A DNA stretch of 64,000 bases from Nitrosopumilus sp. (lineage in GTDB: Archaea; Thermoproteota; Nitrososphaeria; Nitrososphaerales; Nitrosopumilaceae). Position 1 is the stretch's first letter, and each line of letters opens with the position of its first letter. The stretch is taken from assembly GCA_965207075.1 (NCBI GenBank), contig CBDBLO010000002.1:832001-896000 (forward strand), written 5' to 3'. This document shows, piece after piece, positions 19,239-30,120 of this stretch. A program made the position numbers and the translations under genes. Below the pieces are notes generated by a model. That model was not told where the DNA came from. It made no database searches and was given only the letters and a program-made list of their open reading frames with translations.

Positions 19239-20285
19239 TCATTGCGGCACCAGTACGGCGCGGGCGTCTATCTTTGACTCTTTGAGCCGCCGCAGCACCC
19301 GGTTTGCCTCCTCAAGCGGGTATGCCTGGGACACGACCTCCAGGTTGTTCTCGCCGCATATCCTGATTACCTCCTCCATGTCCTTTGTGGACCCTATCAG
19401 GGTTCCCCTGATCGTCTTTTCCTCAAACGCCATGAACTTGGGGCTCTTTCCCACAGTTGCAATCACTATTGTGCCCCCCTTCTTGACCAGATCGACTGCC
19501 GCGTCGGTCACCGCATCGGACGGGGCAAACACGACTGCCGCGTCAAGCAGCCCGATCTCCTTTTTGACGCCGTCTGCAAAGTCACCGCCTTCTGAGAACG
19601 TCACGGAGCGAACGGCGCCAAGCTTCTCTGCCACCTCCAGGTGCCTGCGCGTCCTGGAGAACGCGAACACCTTGCAGCCCTCCACCCTTGCAAACTGGAC
19701 TGCCATGTGCCCCACGCCGCCTATCCCAAAGATGCCAATCCTAATGCCGGGACGCGGCCCTGCCGCCTTTACGGCCTTGTATGCGGTTATCCCGGCGCAG
19801 AACAGGGGCGCCGCATACTCTGGGGCCATGGAGTCCGGGACGAGCGTTACAAAGTCCTGCGGCGCCGTGATGTACTCTGCATATCCGCCGCGCGTGGACT
19901 CCCCGGTAATGGTGGATGACTCGCACAGGTACTCCTTGCCCTCTCTGCAGTATTGGCACTCCCTGCAGGCCTCCAGCAGCGGCGTTATGCCCGCCCTCTG
20001 GCCGGCCTTGAACTTTGTGACGGCGCTCCCTATCTCCGTTATGGTGCCGACCACCTCGTGGCCCGGAACGGTGGGCAGCACCGGCGGTATGCCAATGTCC
20101 ATCCAGTCCCCCTCTATGCCGTGCAGCTGTGAATGGCATACGCCGCAGGCCTCTATCCTTATGAGGACCTCGTCGGGCCTGCTTATCCTGTGCCTTGGAA
20201 TGCTTGCGAGCCTGAGCGGGTCCTTCTCTATGGGGCCGCACTCGTCTAGCACCATGGCCCTCATCATTATGTCGCCGTCAGGCAT
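19239..20285 (-). CDS. Zinc-dependent alcohol dehydrogenase (CAD/AdhP-like)
   Basis: ACGVCHS, PGHEVVG, C..CQYC...EYLC, APLFCAGITAY, GIGGVG. Confidence 0.93.
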   Translation of the reverse strand: MPDGDIMMRAMVLDECGPIEKDPLRLASIPRHRISRPDEVLIRIEACGVCHSQLHGIEGDWMDIGIPPVLPTVPGHEVVGTITEIGSAVTKFKAGQRAGITPLLEACRECQYCREGKEYLCESSTITGESTRGGYAEYITAPQDFVTLVPDSMAPEYAAPLFCAGITAYKAVKAAGPRPGIRIGIFGIGGVGHMAVQFARVEGCKVFAFSRTRRHLEVAEKLGAVRSVTFSEGGDFADGVKKEIGLLDAAVVFAPSDAVTDAAVDLVKKGGTIVIATVGKSPKFMAFEEKTIRGTLIGSTKDMEEVIRICGENNLEVVSQAYPLEEANRVLRRLKESKIDARAVLVPQ

Positions 20286-20369
20286 CACACGCACGCGCCC
20301 AACATGGAATTTTAAGATTCGCCAGCCCGCGTCAGAAGGCTTTAAGACGCAAGCACCCAAGGTACAGGC

Positions 20370-20606
20370 GTGCCGGAGATAGCAGACGAGGACAGGGAGC
20401 GCGTCAGGCTGCTCAACGTCATAGCGCAGTCAAAGGACGGCTTTAACCGGCTTTCGCTTGATGAGCTTGTCCGGCTGCAGGGCATGATAGAGCGCAGGGA
20501 CTATTCAAACGACAAAAAGTCCGCAAAGTCCAAGGCCGCGCTGCTCAAGAAGATAAACGTCCGGATATACGAGCTGACAGAGGGCAAGGGCATATGGGAT
20601 AGGTAG
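20370..20606 (+). CDS. Small conserved hypothetical protein
   Basis: 78-aa charged helical ORF, divergent from ADH, after TTTAA promoter-like tract. Confidence 0.6.
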   Translation: MPEIADEDRERVRLLNVIAQSKDGFNRLSLDELVRLQGMIERRDYSNDKKSAKSKAALLKKINVRIYELTEGKGIWDR

Positions 20607-20704
20607 CAGGCCCATACCAAGCGGGTCTTGCCGTATGCGCAGCGCCGCGCGTGGAACGCGACGCCCCGGCCGCGTTGTTTGGCGCACCCGCGACCGCGCA
20701 GTTC

Positions 20705-21049
20705 TCACGCGTGGTGATCCCACGGCCTGCCGGCGTTCCATTGCATTGACCACCGCCTGATGAGCACGACTGACCATGCGATACTGCCTGCAGTCCACAG
20801 CATGACGTAAATGCTCTGCACAAAATGCTCTGACTCTGGATACAAAAAGGCGGTGTACGCCTCTTGGATTTCCAGCATGCTGTCAAACAACGCAAACTCG
20901 ACTGCAACTTGGGGGATCAGGACCGTGCACAGTATGACAAGCAGGTATCGCCTGAGCTTCCTTATGTGATATGCCGAGTATATGTCTAGAAAGGGGATGG
21001 CCGCGTATATGCACTGCCTTCTGATGCTCACGGGGCCACCTGCCGGCAT
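20705..21049 (-). CDS. Hypothetical membrane protein
   Basis: Hydrophobic segments; IPFLDIYSAY.I.KLRRY motif. Confidence 0.5.
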   Translation of the reverse strand: MPAGGPVSIRRQCIYAAIPFLDIYSAYHIRKLRRYLLVILCTVLIPQVAVEFALFDSMLEIQEAYTAFLYPESEHFVQSIYVMLWTAGSIAWSVVLIRRWSMQWNAGRPWDHHA

Positions 21050-21242
21050 GCGGTAGGCCGGCCCGCGCCCAATTTAAAGAGAATTGCACGGCCCGCCGCC
21101 CGTGCGCGGTTCTTGTTGGACGCGCGGCTCTGCATGTGCGCGTGGCATGCGTTTGGCATCGCTTGCAAAGGGCGGCACGCCGGGCCCGGGTACCGTGCGA
21201 TGCGCGGATCCATACAAATAGGAACGCCATTCTGTCACGTAT

Positions 21243-23357
21243 ATGCCCAAGAACCGGCTTGCGGGGGAGACCAGCCCGTACCTTCTGCAGCATGCAGAAA
21301 ACCCCGTCGACTGGTACCCGTGGGGCAGCGAGGCCCTCGACAGGGCCAGGAACGAGAACAAGCCGATATTTCTGAGCGTCGGGTACAGCTCGTGCCACTG
21401 GTGCCACGTGATGGCCCACGAGTCGTTTGAGAACGATGATGTTGCGTCGTTTATGAACTCGAACTTTGTAAACATAAAGGTGGACAGGGAGGAGCGCCCT
21501 GACATCGACGACATTTACCAAAAGGCGTGCCAGATGGCGACGGGGCAGGGCGGCTGGCCGCTGAGCGTCTTTCTGACCCCCGACCAGAAGCCGTTCCACG
21601 TCGGGACGTACTACCCGCCGCTCGACTCGCACGGAAGGCCCGGGTTTGGGAGCGTCTGCAGGCAGCTTGCGCAGTCCTGGGCCGAGAGGCAGGGCGACGT
21701 CGACTCGCGCGCCGACGACTTTGTGCGCGCCCTCTCAAAGGCGGACGGCGCCCCCCTGTCGGAGGCCGCACTGCGCGCGCCGGAGTCCGACACGCGGCGG
21801 GGCGGCCTGGGCTTTGACGAATCAACGATGGACGAGGCCGCCGTCAACCTGTACAACAACGGCGACTACACGCACGGGGGGTTCGGCTCGGCGCCGAAGT
21901 TTCCAAACGCCGCATGCGTCTCGTTCCTGTTCAGGTATGCCGCGTCGACCGGCCATGAGTCCTTTGCAAAGTTCGCGCTAAAGACGCTTGACAGGATGGC
22001 GCGCGGGGGAATATTCGACCAGATCGGGGGAGGATTCCACCGGTACTCCACCGACGCCCGCTGGCTCGTCCCCCATTTTGAAAAGATGCTGTATGACAAC
22101 GCGCTCATTCCGGTCAATTACGCCGAGGCGTACCAGCTGACCAAGAGGGAGTTCTATCTCGACGTCATGAAAAAGACGCTTGACTTTGTGCTGCGGGAGA
22201 TGGCCTCGCCCCTGGGAGGCTTTTACTCTGCATACGACGCGGACTCTGAGGGCGTGGAGGGCAGGTACTATACGTGGACCAAGCGCGAGATTCTGGAGGT
22301 TCTCGGGGCCGGCACGCGCGACGCGGATCTCTTCTGCCTGTACTATGACGTGACGGACGGCGGCAACTGGGAGGGCAGCACCATCCTGTGCAACAACATC
22401 GCGCTGTCGACTGCCGCGTTCAAGGCGGGCGTGCCCGAGGGTGACGCGCGGGCGTCTCTGGAGAGGTCCGCCGCAGCGCTCTTGGCCGCGCGCCGCGTGG
22501 GCCGCGTGCCTCCGGGACTTGACCAGAAGATCCTGGCGTCGTGGAACGCGCTGTTCGTCTCCGCCCTTGCAAGGGGGTACCGCGTGTCCGGTGATTCGGC
22601 ATACCTTGACGCGGCAAAGAGGTGCCTGTCCTTTATACGGTCCGAGATGTTCTGCGACGGCAGGCTGCTGCGCACGTACAAAGACGGCAGGGCCCGGATA
22701 GACGGATACCTGGAGGATTACGCGTACCTTGCATGCGCGCTTTTGGACGTCTTTGAGGCCGAACCCGACGCGGAGTACCTGGAGTCCGCCATACGGATGG
22801 GCCGCGTGATCCTCTCAGAGTTCTGGGACGAGGAGACGTCGGGCTTTTTCATGACGGGACGCATGCACGAGAGCCTGATAATCAGGCCGCAGAGCAGGTA
22901 CGACCTCTCCGTGCCGTCCGGAAACTCCGTCGCAGTGCACGTCCTGCTGCGGCTGTACCACCTGACTGGGGAGCGCCCGTTCCTTGATGCGTGCAGCGCG
23001 TCCGTCCGCTCCCAGGCCCCCGCGTGCGCCGAGAACCCGTTTGCGTTTGGATACATGCTCAACGTAATGTCTACGATGCTTGCAGGATCACGCGAGATCA
23101 CGCTGCTGAACACGCCTGCCGACCCCGGCATGTGCAGGATGGTGCTCTCCTCATACCTGCCCGACTCGATTGTGGTCGAGATCAGGAGCCGGGAGCAGCT
23201 TGACGGCGTCCTGACGTACCCGTTTTTTGCCGGCAAGGCGTTTGACGAAGGACGGGCAAGCGCGTACGTGTGCAAGGACTCTGTATGCTCGCTGCCCATA
23301 CACGATGCGGACCGGCTCCGGGAAGCCCTCGGACTACTAGACCCTTCTGAGGTCTAG
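21243..23357 (+). CDS. YyaL/SSP411 family thioredoxin-domain protein (DUF255 plus six-hairpin domain)
   Basis: [53 protein letters not shown]. Confidence 0.93.
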   Translation: MPKNRLAGETSPYLLQHAENPVDWYPWGSEALDRARNENKPIFLSVGYSSCHWCHVMAHESFENDDVASFMNSNFVNIKVDREERPDIDDIYQKACQMATGQGGWPLSVFLTPDQKPFHVGTYYPPLDSHGRPGFGSVCRQLAQSWAERQGDVDSRADDFVRALSKADGAPLSEAALRAPESDTRRGGLGFDESTMDEAAVNLYNNGDYTHGGFGSAPKFPNAACVSFLFRYAASTGHESFAKFALKTLDRMARGGIFDQIGGGFHRYSTDARWLVPHFEKMLYDNALIPVNYAEAYQLTKREFYLDVMKKTLDFVLREMASPLGGFYSAYDADSEGVEGRYYTWTKREILEVLGAGTRDADLFCLYYDVTDGGNWEGSTILCNNIALSTAAFKAGVPEGDARASLERSAAALLAARRVGRVPPGLDQKILASWNALFVSALARGYRVSGDSAYLDAAKRCLSFIRSEMFCDGRLLRTYKDGRARIDGYLEDYAYLACALLDVFEAEPDAEYLESAIRMGRVILSEFWDEETSGFFMTGRMHESLIIRPQSRYDLSVPSGNSVAVHVLLRLYHLTGERPFLDACSASVRSQAPACAENPFAFGYMLNVMSTMLAGSREITLLNTPADPGMCRMVLSSYLPDSIVVEIRSREQLDGVLTYPFFAGKAFDEGRASAYVCKDSVCSLPIHDADRLREALGLLDPSEV

Positions 23358-23657
23358 CTCCATTATGTCGCCGACCCTGGGACGGCCCATCGAGTCGTAC
23401 CTGGATGTGGGCATGGCAATGGTGATCTGGGTCTGCTGATACGACTTTATCTTTACGGTCGGCTGGGCCTGCAGTATCGCAGTCAGTAGCGGCATCACGT
23501 GCTCCTTGGTGTCGTCATCCAGGGTCTTTGAGACGTTCTCCATTATCATCTGCTTTTGGGTTATGGGCTCCGTCGAGACGTTCTCGACCAGCGTAAGTTG
23601 GATTATCTTGCCGTTGTCCACGATCTGGGTTATCCTGAACGCGTTTTCTGCCGTCAT
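23337..23657 (-). CDS. Hypothetical protein, possible arcadin-1-like fold
   Basis: C-terminal [26 protein letters not shown] pattern. Confidence 0.55.
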   Translation of the reverse strand: MTAENAFRITQIVDNGKIIQLTLVENVSTEPITQKQMIMENVSKTLDDDTKEHVMPLLTAILQAQPTVKIKSYQQTQITIAMPTSRYDSMGRPRVGDIMELDLRRV

Positions 23658-23687
23658 GCGTAGCGGCCGGGGCGTTGTGATTTATCT

Positions 23688-23783
23688 CTAACGCATCAGT
23701 GAAAAGTAGAGCGCGATGGCGGCCGTGGCGACCGCCCCTGTCACCCCCATGACGAATATTATTCGGCCGCCCTCCAGTTTCAT
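23688..23783 (-). CDS. 31-aa single-TM micropeptide
   Basis: Own translation MKLEGGRIIFVMGVTGAVATAAIALYFSLMR*; below the ORF-track cutoff. Confidence 0.5.
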   Translation of the reverse strand: MKLEGGRIIFVMGVTGAVATAAIALYFSLMR

Positions 23784-23983
23784 GTGCAGGCTCGGGGAGG
23801 TTTGGAATTAAACTGTTGCCTGAGGGTGGCAGCATCGGTGGTGCGCGCGCGTCTTTCGTGATGCTGCTCGTGTCCGCGCCGGCAAGCTGCTGGATTCGGT
23901 CCGGCGTCCTGCGGTGCCTGGCTGGAGCCACCCTCCCCCGTCATGCGCCTTGGGATACAGTCACGCGGGTTTCGATACGGGCG

Positions 23984-24409
23984 TTACGGCGTGGTCGGAC
24001 TAGTGGCGGAGCCGCCTGCAGCGGGAGGGGGTCTGCCGCCGCCTGGCTCCGTCCTGTCTGCCTGCCTCTGCGCGGTGCCGCCATCTTTGCCGCCTGCCTC
24101 TGCAGGACTGCCTGCCGCCTCCGCCGTGGCCGCCGGATCCACGATTGCCTTTTTGATTGTGGCCGCCCTCCTCTTTAGAATCTGGTTAAACTCAGTCATG
24201 TCCTCAAGTCCCGGCTGCACCTGCTGGTTTCTGCACGCTTCCAGAAAGCTTGTGTATATGCAGCCTGCTATGATCCCAAACGCAGCGTCCGGAACCGATT
24301 CTATCTCTGGCTTGAACTGCTCTGCAATCTGCCTGTAAGAACCGGCCTCGTTGGTGTAATAGTCCATCAGGCTCTCGATGAACTTTATGTTCTCGCTTGA
24401 TATCGCCAC
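23984..24409 (-). CDS. Conserved hypothetical protein with low-complexity tail
   Basis: GTG start at VAISSENIKFIESL; DAAFGIIAGCIY core. Confidence 0.6.
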   Translation of the reverse strand: MAISSENIKFIESLMDYYTNEAGSYRQIAEQFKPEIESVPDAAFGIIAGCIYTSFLEACRNQQVQPGLEDMTEFNQILKRRAATIKKAIVDPAATAEAAGSPAEAGGKDGGTAQRQADRTEPGGGRPPPAAGGSATSPTTP

Positions 24410-24528
24410 GCAGTACGGCCTTTGAGATTGATATTTAGCTGTTTGCATGGGGTGCTGCAGCAGTGGCTTTCCGGCGCCGGTTCCGCATGCGGCCCGCGCA
24501 CGGCATGGGCTGGGCGTCATGATTTATT

Positions 24529-25056
24529 TTGTGCAGCTGCAAGACGCGGCATGTGCCCCCCTCCCTGCCCGGGTCTCCGCCGCCGCCCCCTTCTGTCAAA
24601 TGGAGGCTTGAGCTTGACGAGGACTTTTTTCGCATATATGACTCTAAAAAGATGGTCATGGGATACTTTGACCCCGACTACGGGGAGCCGTACCCTCCCG
24701 AGAGACGTGACGAGATAATCGAGTCGATGCTCAAGAATCATGACGTGGTTACAGGCGGCATCGTCATGGTGCCCATGGTAAAGTTCGGACTCTTTGACAC
24801 GGACCTTGAGGCCCACATAGACGTGGTGCAGCAGAACGTGCTGCGCGTCAACGAGCATATCGGCAAGTGGCGCGACTTTCTTGCAACGGTGGACTGCCTT
24901 GACAGGCACGCGATCCGGATATCGCACACCGACCAGGACATGCTTACCGTCACTTTTCCGATAAGGTTCCACAAGCCGCTGCCGCTTGGGGCGGACTCGC
25001 TGGCCGAGGGAATCAGGCCTACCTTGGACTTGCTGATGCAATCAGGCCTGTCATAG
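24529..25056 (+). CDS. Conserved hypothetical protein
   Basis: GYFDPDYG and PMVKFGLF motifs; start uncertain. Confidence 0.6.
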   Translation: MCSCKTRHVPPSLPGSPPPPPSVKWRLELDEDFFRIYDSKKMVMGYFDPDYGEPYPPERRDEIIESMLKNHDVVTGGIVMVPMVKFGLFDTDLEAHIDVVQQNVLRVNEHIGKWRDFLATVDCLDRHAIRISHTDQDMLTVTFPIRFHKPLPLGADSLAEGIRPTLDLLMQSGLS

Positions 25057-25858
25057 GAAGGCGCGACGATGCAAGCCTCGTGGCGGCCACGTACGCCGAG
25101 AACGTGCCTGCCAGCAGCAGGACAGTCCCTATCGGAAACTCCGGCACCGCCGCATACTCCTCGGACTCTGCTACCAGGTGGTACCTCGCCGCATCCGCCG
25201 TGTGCTCCTTGTCCGGCACTGACACCACAAAGAACGCGCTCTCGCCGGCCCTCAGATAGTCCGGCTCCGTGTGCACCCTTGTGACGGCCGCGACGCTGCC
25301 GGCGTCGTCGTATATGGTGGCCACGATGGATATCATGTTTGCAGTGATCTCCCCCCCGTTTGCAACGGTTCCCGTTATGATCAAATTTTTATGCCTGTCC
25401 CTTGCAATCTCGGATCCTGTCACGTCTATGACCTGCCTCTTTGGGTCTGCAAAGTCATAGTCGAGCTTGAGCGTATACGGGAGGTGGGATGCGCCGTCGC
25501 CCCGTCCGGCCACCATCTCCCTTGGAATCTGGCCGCCGTTTTCCAGCATTATGTCAAACGGACCCCTCATGCCGGGCATTATGATATTTACAAGCGAGTC
25601 CGCGCCGCTTGTCAGCACGGCGTTGCCGTCCCCGTCGTATATGGTGGCCTGCACGCTTGCGCCGCGCAGGGGCACCTCCAAGTCGTTTACAATCTCGCCC
25701 ACTATGTGCAGCGAGCCGTCATCCCCCGTGTAGTGGCGGTCGTTCTCGATGGTCTGGGCAAACGCGGCGTACTGCAAGAGATTTGGCTGCGGATCGCCGG
25801 AGGCGGCCATAGTTACGTCCCCTACGCCGCCTGCGAGCGCTATTGTAATGACTGCCAT
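25019..25858 (-). CDS. Exported FxLYD-domain protein with PEF(G)-CTERM-like sorting signal
   Basis: Two ATIYD..G repeats (FxLYD-like); C-terminal VPEFP plus TM helix and basic residues. Confidence 0.75.
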   Translation of the reverse strand: MAVITIALAGGVGDVTMAASGDPQPNLLQYAAFAQTIENDRHYTGDDGSLHIVGEIVNDLEVPLRGASVQATIYDGDGNAVLTSGADSLVNIIMPGMRGPFDIMLENGGQIPREMVAGRGDGASHLPYTLKLDYDFADPKRQVIDVTGSEIARDRHKNLIITGTVANGGEITANMISIVATIYDDAGSVAAVTRVHTEPDYLRAGESAFFVVSVPDKEHTADAARYHLVAESEEYAAVPEFPIGTVLLLAGTFSAYVAATRLASSRLPMTGLIASASPR

Positions 25859-26026
25859 GGAGACGGCTGCCGCGGCCCTGACGTTTGTGGCACCTGCCTG
25901 GATGATGTTGCTGCTGTCCGTTGCGACCCTCCTCCTCCTCTCTCATTTCTGATCTGCCCGGCTTGTACATTAAGTCACTGGTCTGCTGCTCGTATTCGGG
26001 ATGCCGCGCTCCGCAGAGGGCTCGGA

Positions 26027-26800
26027 TTATGGCATGTGCGACTGGCGCCACTCTTCTGCCTCTGACACGCAGGCGATCCACTCGGGGCCGGCCGCCTTGG
26101 ATGCGGTAGTGGCGTTCGGGTCCCCGTCCTGCACAGTGGCAGCGGCACCGCCGGCCCCGAACTTTTCATCGCACTCGGCTATCATGTGCTCTGCAACGCT
26201 GTCCACCTTTTGGATCACGTCGCGGCGGGGCTCCTGAAACTTTTCCCCCGTATCGTCGCGGGTTATGGTGCCCGTCTTTGCCGAGTAAAACTCTACCAAT
26301 CCCAGCAGCTCGTACTCTAGCGCGTCCTGCAAGAGCGCGTCGGACCTGGCCCTTGCAGAGTCGTCCCCGTCACTTATCCACCGGACGTACTCCGAGTCGC
26401 TCTCAAGCTGGGACTGCGACGAAAGCTTTAGCAGCCTTACCGATCCCTCAAAGATCTCAGGCGGTTCCAGCTCGTCGTACCTGAGTATGGTATCCTCAAA
26501 CCTCTCTATGTGGCCGTCGTAAAACTCTAGCAGTCCCTCGCGGTCCAGGTCGCCCTCCTCCCACTTTGTCTTCTCCGAGTAGAACTCTGTCTGTATCTCC
26601 CTTACGTCATCCTGTATGCCCTGTAGTTTTATGCCGAACTCGAGGCCCCTCTGCTTGGTCTGCTCTGCTGAATAGTTGTATGATATGACGGCCCCCACCA
26701 CGGCGGCCGCGACCAGCGCGATGGCTATGTTGCGTATGGTCCTGCCTCTCTTCTCCCTCCTCTCCCTCCTCTCCCTCTTCTTGTCTGCCTTGGATCTCAT
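26027..26800 (-). CDS. Membrane-anchored hypothetical protein
   Basis: Basic N-terminus, one TM helix, helical ectodomain. Confidence 0.65.
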   Translation of the reverse strand: MRSKADKKRERRERREKRGRTIRNIAIALVAAAVVGAVISYNYSAEQTKQRGLEFGIKLQGIQDDVREIQTEFYSEKTKWEEGDLDREGLLEFYDGHIERFEDTILRYDELEPPEIFEGSVRLLKLSSQSQLESDSEYVRWISDGDDSARARSDALLQDALEYELLGLVEFYSAKTGTITRDDTGEKFQEPRRDVIQKVDSVAEHMIAECDEKFGAGGAAATVQDGDPNATTASKAAGPEWIACVSEAEEWRQSHMP

Positions 26801-27087
26801 AGGTAATCAACATAGTTTCCATTCTCGTCCAGCTTGAGCTCGATCGTGCGCTCGGCACCGCTGATAAAAGACTCGTTGCGGGTGCTTCTCACCCTGCTTA
26901 CCACGAGCTCGTAGGGCCAGATGTCCACCACAATCGAGCCGATCTTCGCGGTCGGGTTCTCTGTAATCTCCATGTCCTCCCTTCTAACGCCGTGTCTCTC
27001 GAGCATGTGTACGGCATGGTCAAGCAAGGGCTTTGGGTTGTTGTAGTCGAGTACCCAGACGGGAGGCTCGTACTTTATGGCATCCAA
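26797..27087 (-). CDS. Conserved hypothetical protein
   Basis: Overlaps next gene by 4 nt; protein-like composition. Confidence 0.6.
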   Translation of the reverse strand: MDAIKYEPPVWVLDYNNPKPLLDHAVHMLERHGVRREDMEITENPTAKIGSIVVDIWPYELVVSRVRSTRNESFISGAERTIELKLDENGNYVDYL

Positions 27088-27175
27088 CTGACGTCTACTG
27101 CCTGCCTGCCATGCTATATTTGATACGTACGTACGGCCTGCAATGGAGCCGCGCTTTGCAGCCTGGCGCCTCTCG

Positions 27176-27403
27176 TCAGCTCATGACGTTGAGCGTCATC
27201 GTACTGACCACGTTTGAGAGCGATCTGATTTTTGCCACAACGGACTCAAATGACTCCCGTTCGGGGGCGCGGACCTCTACTATCAGGTCGTACGCCCCGA
27301 ACGTAAGATGGGCGCTCGTAATGTCGTCCATCTGCTGCAGCTCTTTTAGTACGTGTTCTTCTGCACCCAGATCGCAGTTTAACAAGACAAACCCCTTGTG
27401 CAT
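27176..27403 (-). CDS. Lrp/AsnC ligand-binding (RAM) domain protein
   Basis: GFVLLNCDLGAE...TFGAYDLIVEV...IRSLSNVVSTMTL. Confidence 0.85.
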   Translation of the reverse strand: MHKGFVLLNCDLGAEEHVLKELQQMDDITSAHLTFGAYDLIVEVRAPERESFESVVAKIRSLSNVVSTMTLNVMS

Positions 27404-27504
27404 AATGTGACATGCATTGCACTGCAAAGTCTTTAAATCTTCGGTGCTGCTGCAGTTTTCGCCGACGGCCACGCCGCCGTCTGGCTGTGGATATCTTGCA
27501 ACGT

Positions 27505-28926
27505 CTACCGTCTGCCGCCGCGCCGGTTTCGGCCACCGCCACTGCCACCGCCACCCTTGCGGTATCCGCCATCCCTTCTCTGGTCGCCGCCTCGGCCGCC
27601 ATAACCGCCGCCTCGGCCGCCATAACCGCCGCCTCCGCGGCCTCGGCCGCCTCTCCGACCGCCGTCCCTGGGATCATACGTGTCCCTTCTTTCGCGGCGG
27701 TGGCCTCCACGATAGCCGCCGCCTCCTCTATTGCCGCCGCTGCCGCTGCCGCTGCCGCCGCCCCCGTACCTTCTTACGGGTATCTCCCTTTTGAGCGGAT
27801 CCGGTATCGAGATCTTGATCCCCATCGACTCGTTGAGGTCCTTTAACGGCACCTTGATCTGGCGCTTTATCAGATTCCATTCGTCAAATGACGAATACGA
27901 GACAAGCGTGATCGCCCTTCCGTGCGCGCCCGCCCTCGCAGTCCTGCCAATCCTGTGAAAGTACGTCATGTCCTGGTTTGGGACGTCATAGTTGATCACA
28001 AGCTCCACCATGGGTACGTCTATGCCCCTTGAGGCCACATCTGTTGCCACCAGTATCTTTGCCTTGTTGCTGCGGAACTTTGCCATCGACTGCTCCCTTC
28101 TTACCTGTGACATGTCGCCCTCTATCACTACTGCGTCCAGCTTCTCCCTGTGCAGGTACCTTCCCACGTCCCTCGTCCTGTATTTGGTGGAGCAGAATAT
28201 GATGCACTGTCCGCGCGTCTCCCCGATGAACTGCATGATGTGCTTGAACTTTTCCTTGTCCCTGATTACCAGAAACGACTGGTCTATGCCCTCGCCGCTC
28301 AAGTCGTCGGCATCAAGCAGGAACTGCTTTGGGTTGTTCAGGTAATCCTCAGACAGCCTCAGTATCTCCGTCGGCATGGTGGCCGAGTACAGCGACATGA
28401 CCCTCTCATCCGGCGCCAGGTCCAGTATGAACTGTATGTCGTCTATGAATCCCATGTCGAGCATGGTGTCGGCCTCGTCCAGAACTATGTGCGTCACGTC
28501 CTTGAGGTCGACTGTGCCGCGCTTTAGGTGGTCTATCAGCCTTCCCGGCGTGGCGACCAGTATCTCCACCCCGAGCTCAAGCGCGTCTATCTGCACCCCG
28601 ATTCCCTGGCCTCCGTATATTGTGGCAACCCTGGTGTCCAGATACTTTGAAAACTTTTTGATCTCGTCGGTGATCTGCATGGCAAGCTCCCTTGTGGGAG
28701 CCATGATCAGCCCCTGGATGGTGCGGTTGGGGCGTATCTCCTGCAGCATCGAGAGCGCAAATGCCGCCGTCTTGCCGGAGCCCGTGTGGGCCTGGCCCAC
28801 CACGTCCCTTCCAGTCAGCAGCACGGGTATGACGGCCTCTTGTATCGGAAACGCATCCTCGAATCCCATCTCGGATATTCCCCTGATTATGTCGTCGCTG
28901 AGGCCCAGTTCGCTAAATTTTGTCAT
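27505..28926 (-). CDS. DEAD-box RNA helicase with RGG-rich tail
   Basis: Q motif, AHTGSGKT, PTRELA, TPGRL, DEAD, SAT, HRIGRTAR. Confidence 0.95.
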   Translation of the reverse strand: MTKFSELGLSDDIIRGISEMGFEDAFPIQEAVIPVLLTGRDVVGQAHTGSGKTAAFALSMLQEIRPNRTIQGLIMAPTRELAMQITDEIKKFSKYLDTRVATIYGGQGIGVQIDALELGVEILVATPGRLIDHLKRGTVDLKDVTHIVLDEADTMLDMGFIDDIQFILDLAPDERVMSLYSATMPTEILRLSEDYLNNPKQFLLDADDLSGEGIDQSFLVIRDKEKFKHIMQFIGETRGQCIIFCSTKYRTRDVGRYLHREKLDAVVIEGDMSQVRREQSMAKFRSNKAKILVATDVASRGIDVPMVELVINYDVPNQDMTYFHRIGRTARAGAHGRAITLVSYSSFDEWNLIKRQIKVPLKDLNESMGIKISIPDPLKREIPVRRYGGGGSGSGSGGNRGGGGYRGGHRRERRDTYDPRDGGRRGGRGRGGGGYGGRGGGYGGRGGDQRRDGGYRKGGGGSGGGRNRRGGRR

Positions 28927-29064
28927 TTTTTCTTTTCTTCTCTTTTCTTTTTTCTCACAGGCAATGACGAGAAAGCTCACCGCCCACCGTCATTATTCCG
29001 ATTCGCGGACGCGTGGAACGTCTAATAAACGCTTGCCGCTTTCTCCCCTTCCGCCTCTCCCGTC

Positions 29065-30120
29065 TCAGCGCTCGAGCTGGGAGTCTATGACCCTCTTGAA
29101 GACGTCATACGGCTGGGCCCCCTCGACTGATATGTACCCCACGTCGTCGTTTCCGATGAAGAATCCCGGCGTGCCTGTTACGCCGTACGACCTTCCGTCC
29201 TCCAAGTCGCCCCTGATGTCCTCGACGTGCGTGCCCATGACTACGCACTCCTCGAACTCGGCCGCGTCGATTCCCGTATCCGACGCGTACCCGCTGAGCA
29301 GCTCTATGACGTCCTGGGGGCCTGCTCTGCTCCATTCGCCTTGCCTTTCAAACAGGATGTCGTGCATGCCCTTGAAGCCGCCCTGGTCGTCTGCGCACTC
29401 GGCCGCCAATGCCGTGACGGCAGCATTGGGGTGTATGTGCTGGAGCGGGAAGTCCCTGTAGACCAGCTTTACGAGCCCCTTGTCTATGTACTCCTCTTGT
29501 ATGGAGGGCAGGGTCTGGGAGCTGAATCTGGCGCAGAACGGACACTGAAAGTCGGAAAACTCTATGATTGTGATGGGGGCATCCGCGTCTCCTATTGTGG
29601 GATCGTCGTCGGCCGATATTCGTATGGTCGGTGGTTGCTGCTGCTGCTGCTGCTGCTCCTGCAATGCGGCCATCTGCTGCTGCATCATCTTTAGCTCCAG
29701 CTTGGCAAGCGCGTCGTCGAGATCCTCCTGCGTCAGCTGATCCGGCTGATCTTGGTACATGCTAATTGAATACGCGCCTGCAAAGAATGCGGCCACGCCG
29801 ACTGCTATGACCAGTCCGATAACAAGTCCGCTGACTGGCTTTTTTGCAGGGGGCGCGCCGTCTCCGTCGCCAACATTGTCGTCCCCGCCCCCGTCTTCCG
29901 TATCGCCCTGGCCATGCGCTGTCTCTTCCTCTTCCTCTTCTGCCGGTTGCTGGTCTCCGCTTGCTTCTTCCTCGTCTTCGGGTTCATTGTCACGCGTTGC
30001 GGCATCTTCTTTCACCTCTTCCGTGCCGTCCGTCTTGTCACTGACGCTGCCGTCACCTGCGTCGTTTTGTGCGGCATCCGCCTTTGCGGCCGCGTCATCT
30101 GATGATGCGTCGGAACTCAT
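29065..30120 (-). CDS. Membrane-anchored DsbA-family thiol-disulfide oxidoreductase
   Basis: EFSDFQCPFC, YRDFPL..IHP, GVTGTPGF; acidic N-terminal extension and poly-Q linker. Confidence 0.9.
   Translation of the reverse strand: MSSDASSDDAAAKADAAQNDAGDGSVSDKTDGTEEVKEDAATRDNEPEDEEEASGDQQPAEEEEEETAHGQGDTEDGGGDDNVGDGDGAPPAKKPVSGLVIGLVIAVGVAAFFAGAYSISMYQDQPDQLTQEDLDDALAKLELKMMQQQMAALQEQQQQQQQPPTIRISADDDPTIGDADAPITIIEFSDFQCPFCARFSSQTLPSIQEEYIDKGLVKLVYRDFPLQHIHPNAAVTALAAECADDQGGFKGMHDILFERQGEWSRAGPQDVIELLSGYASDTGIDAAEFEECVVMGTHVEDIRGDLEDGRSYGVTGTPGFFIGNDDVGYISVEGAQPYDVFKRVIDSQLER

Noticed and set aside
19075-20382. Long antisense ORFs (this one, 57457-58677, 28376-29461 and many others)
   Set aside because: Shadow frames of real genes, expected at high GC; no recognisable motifs
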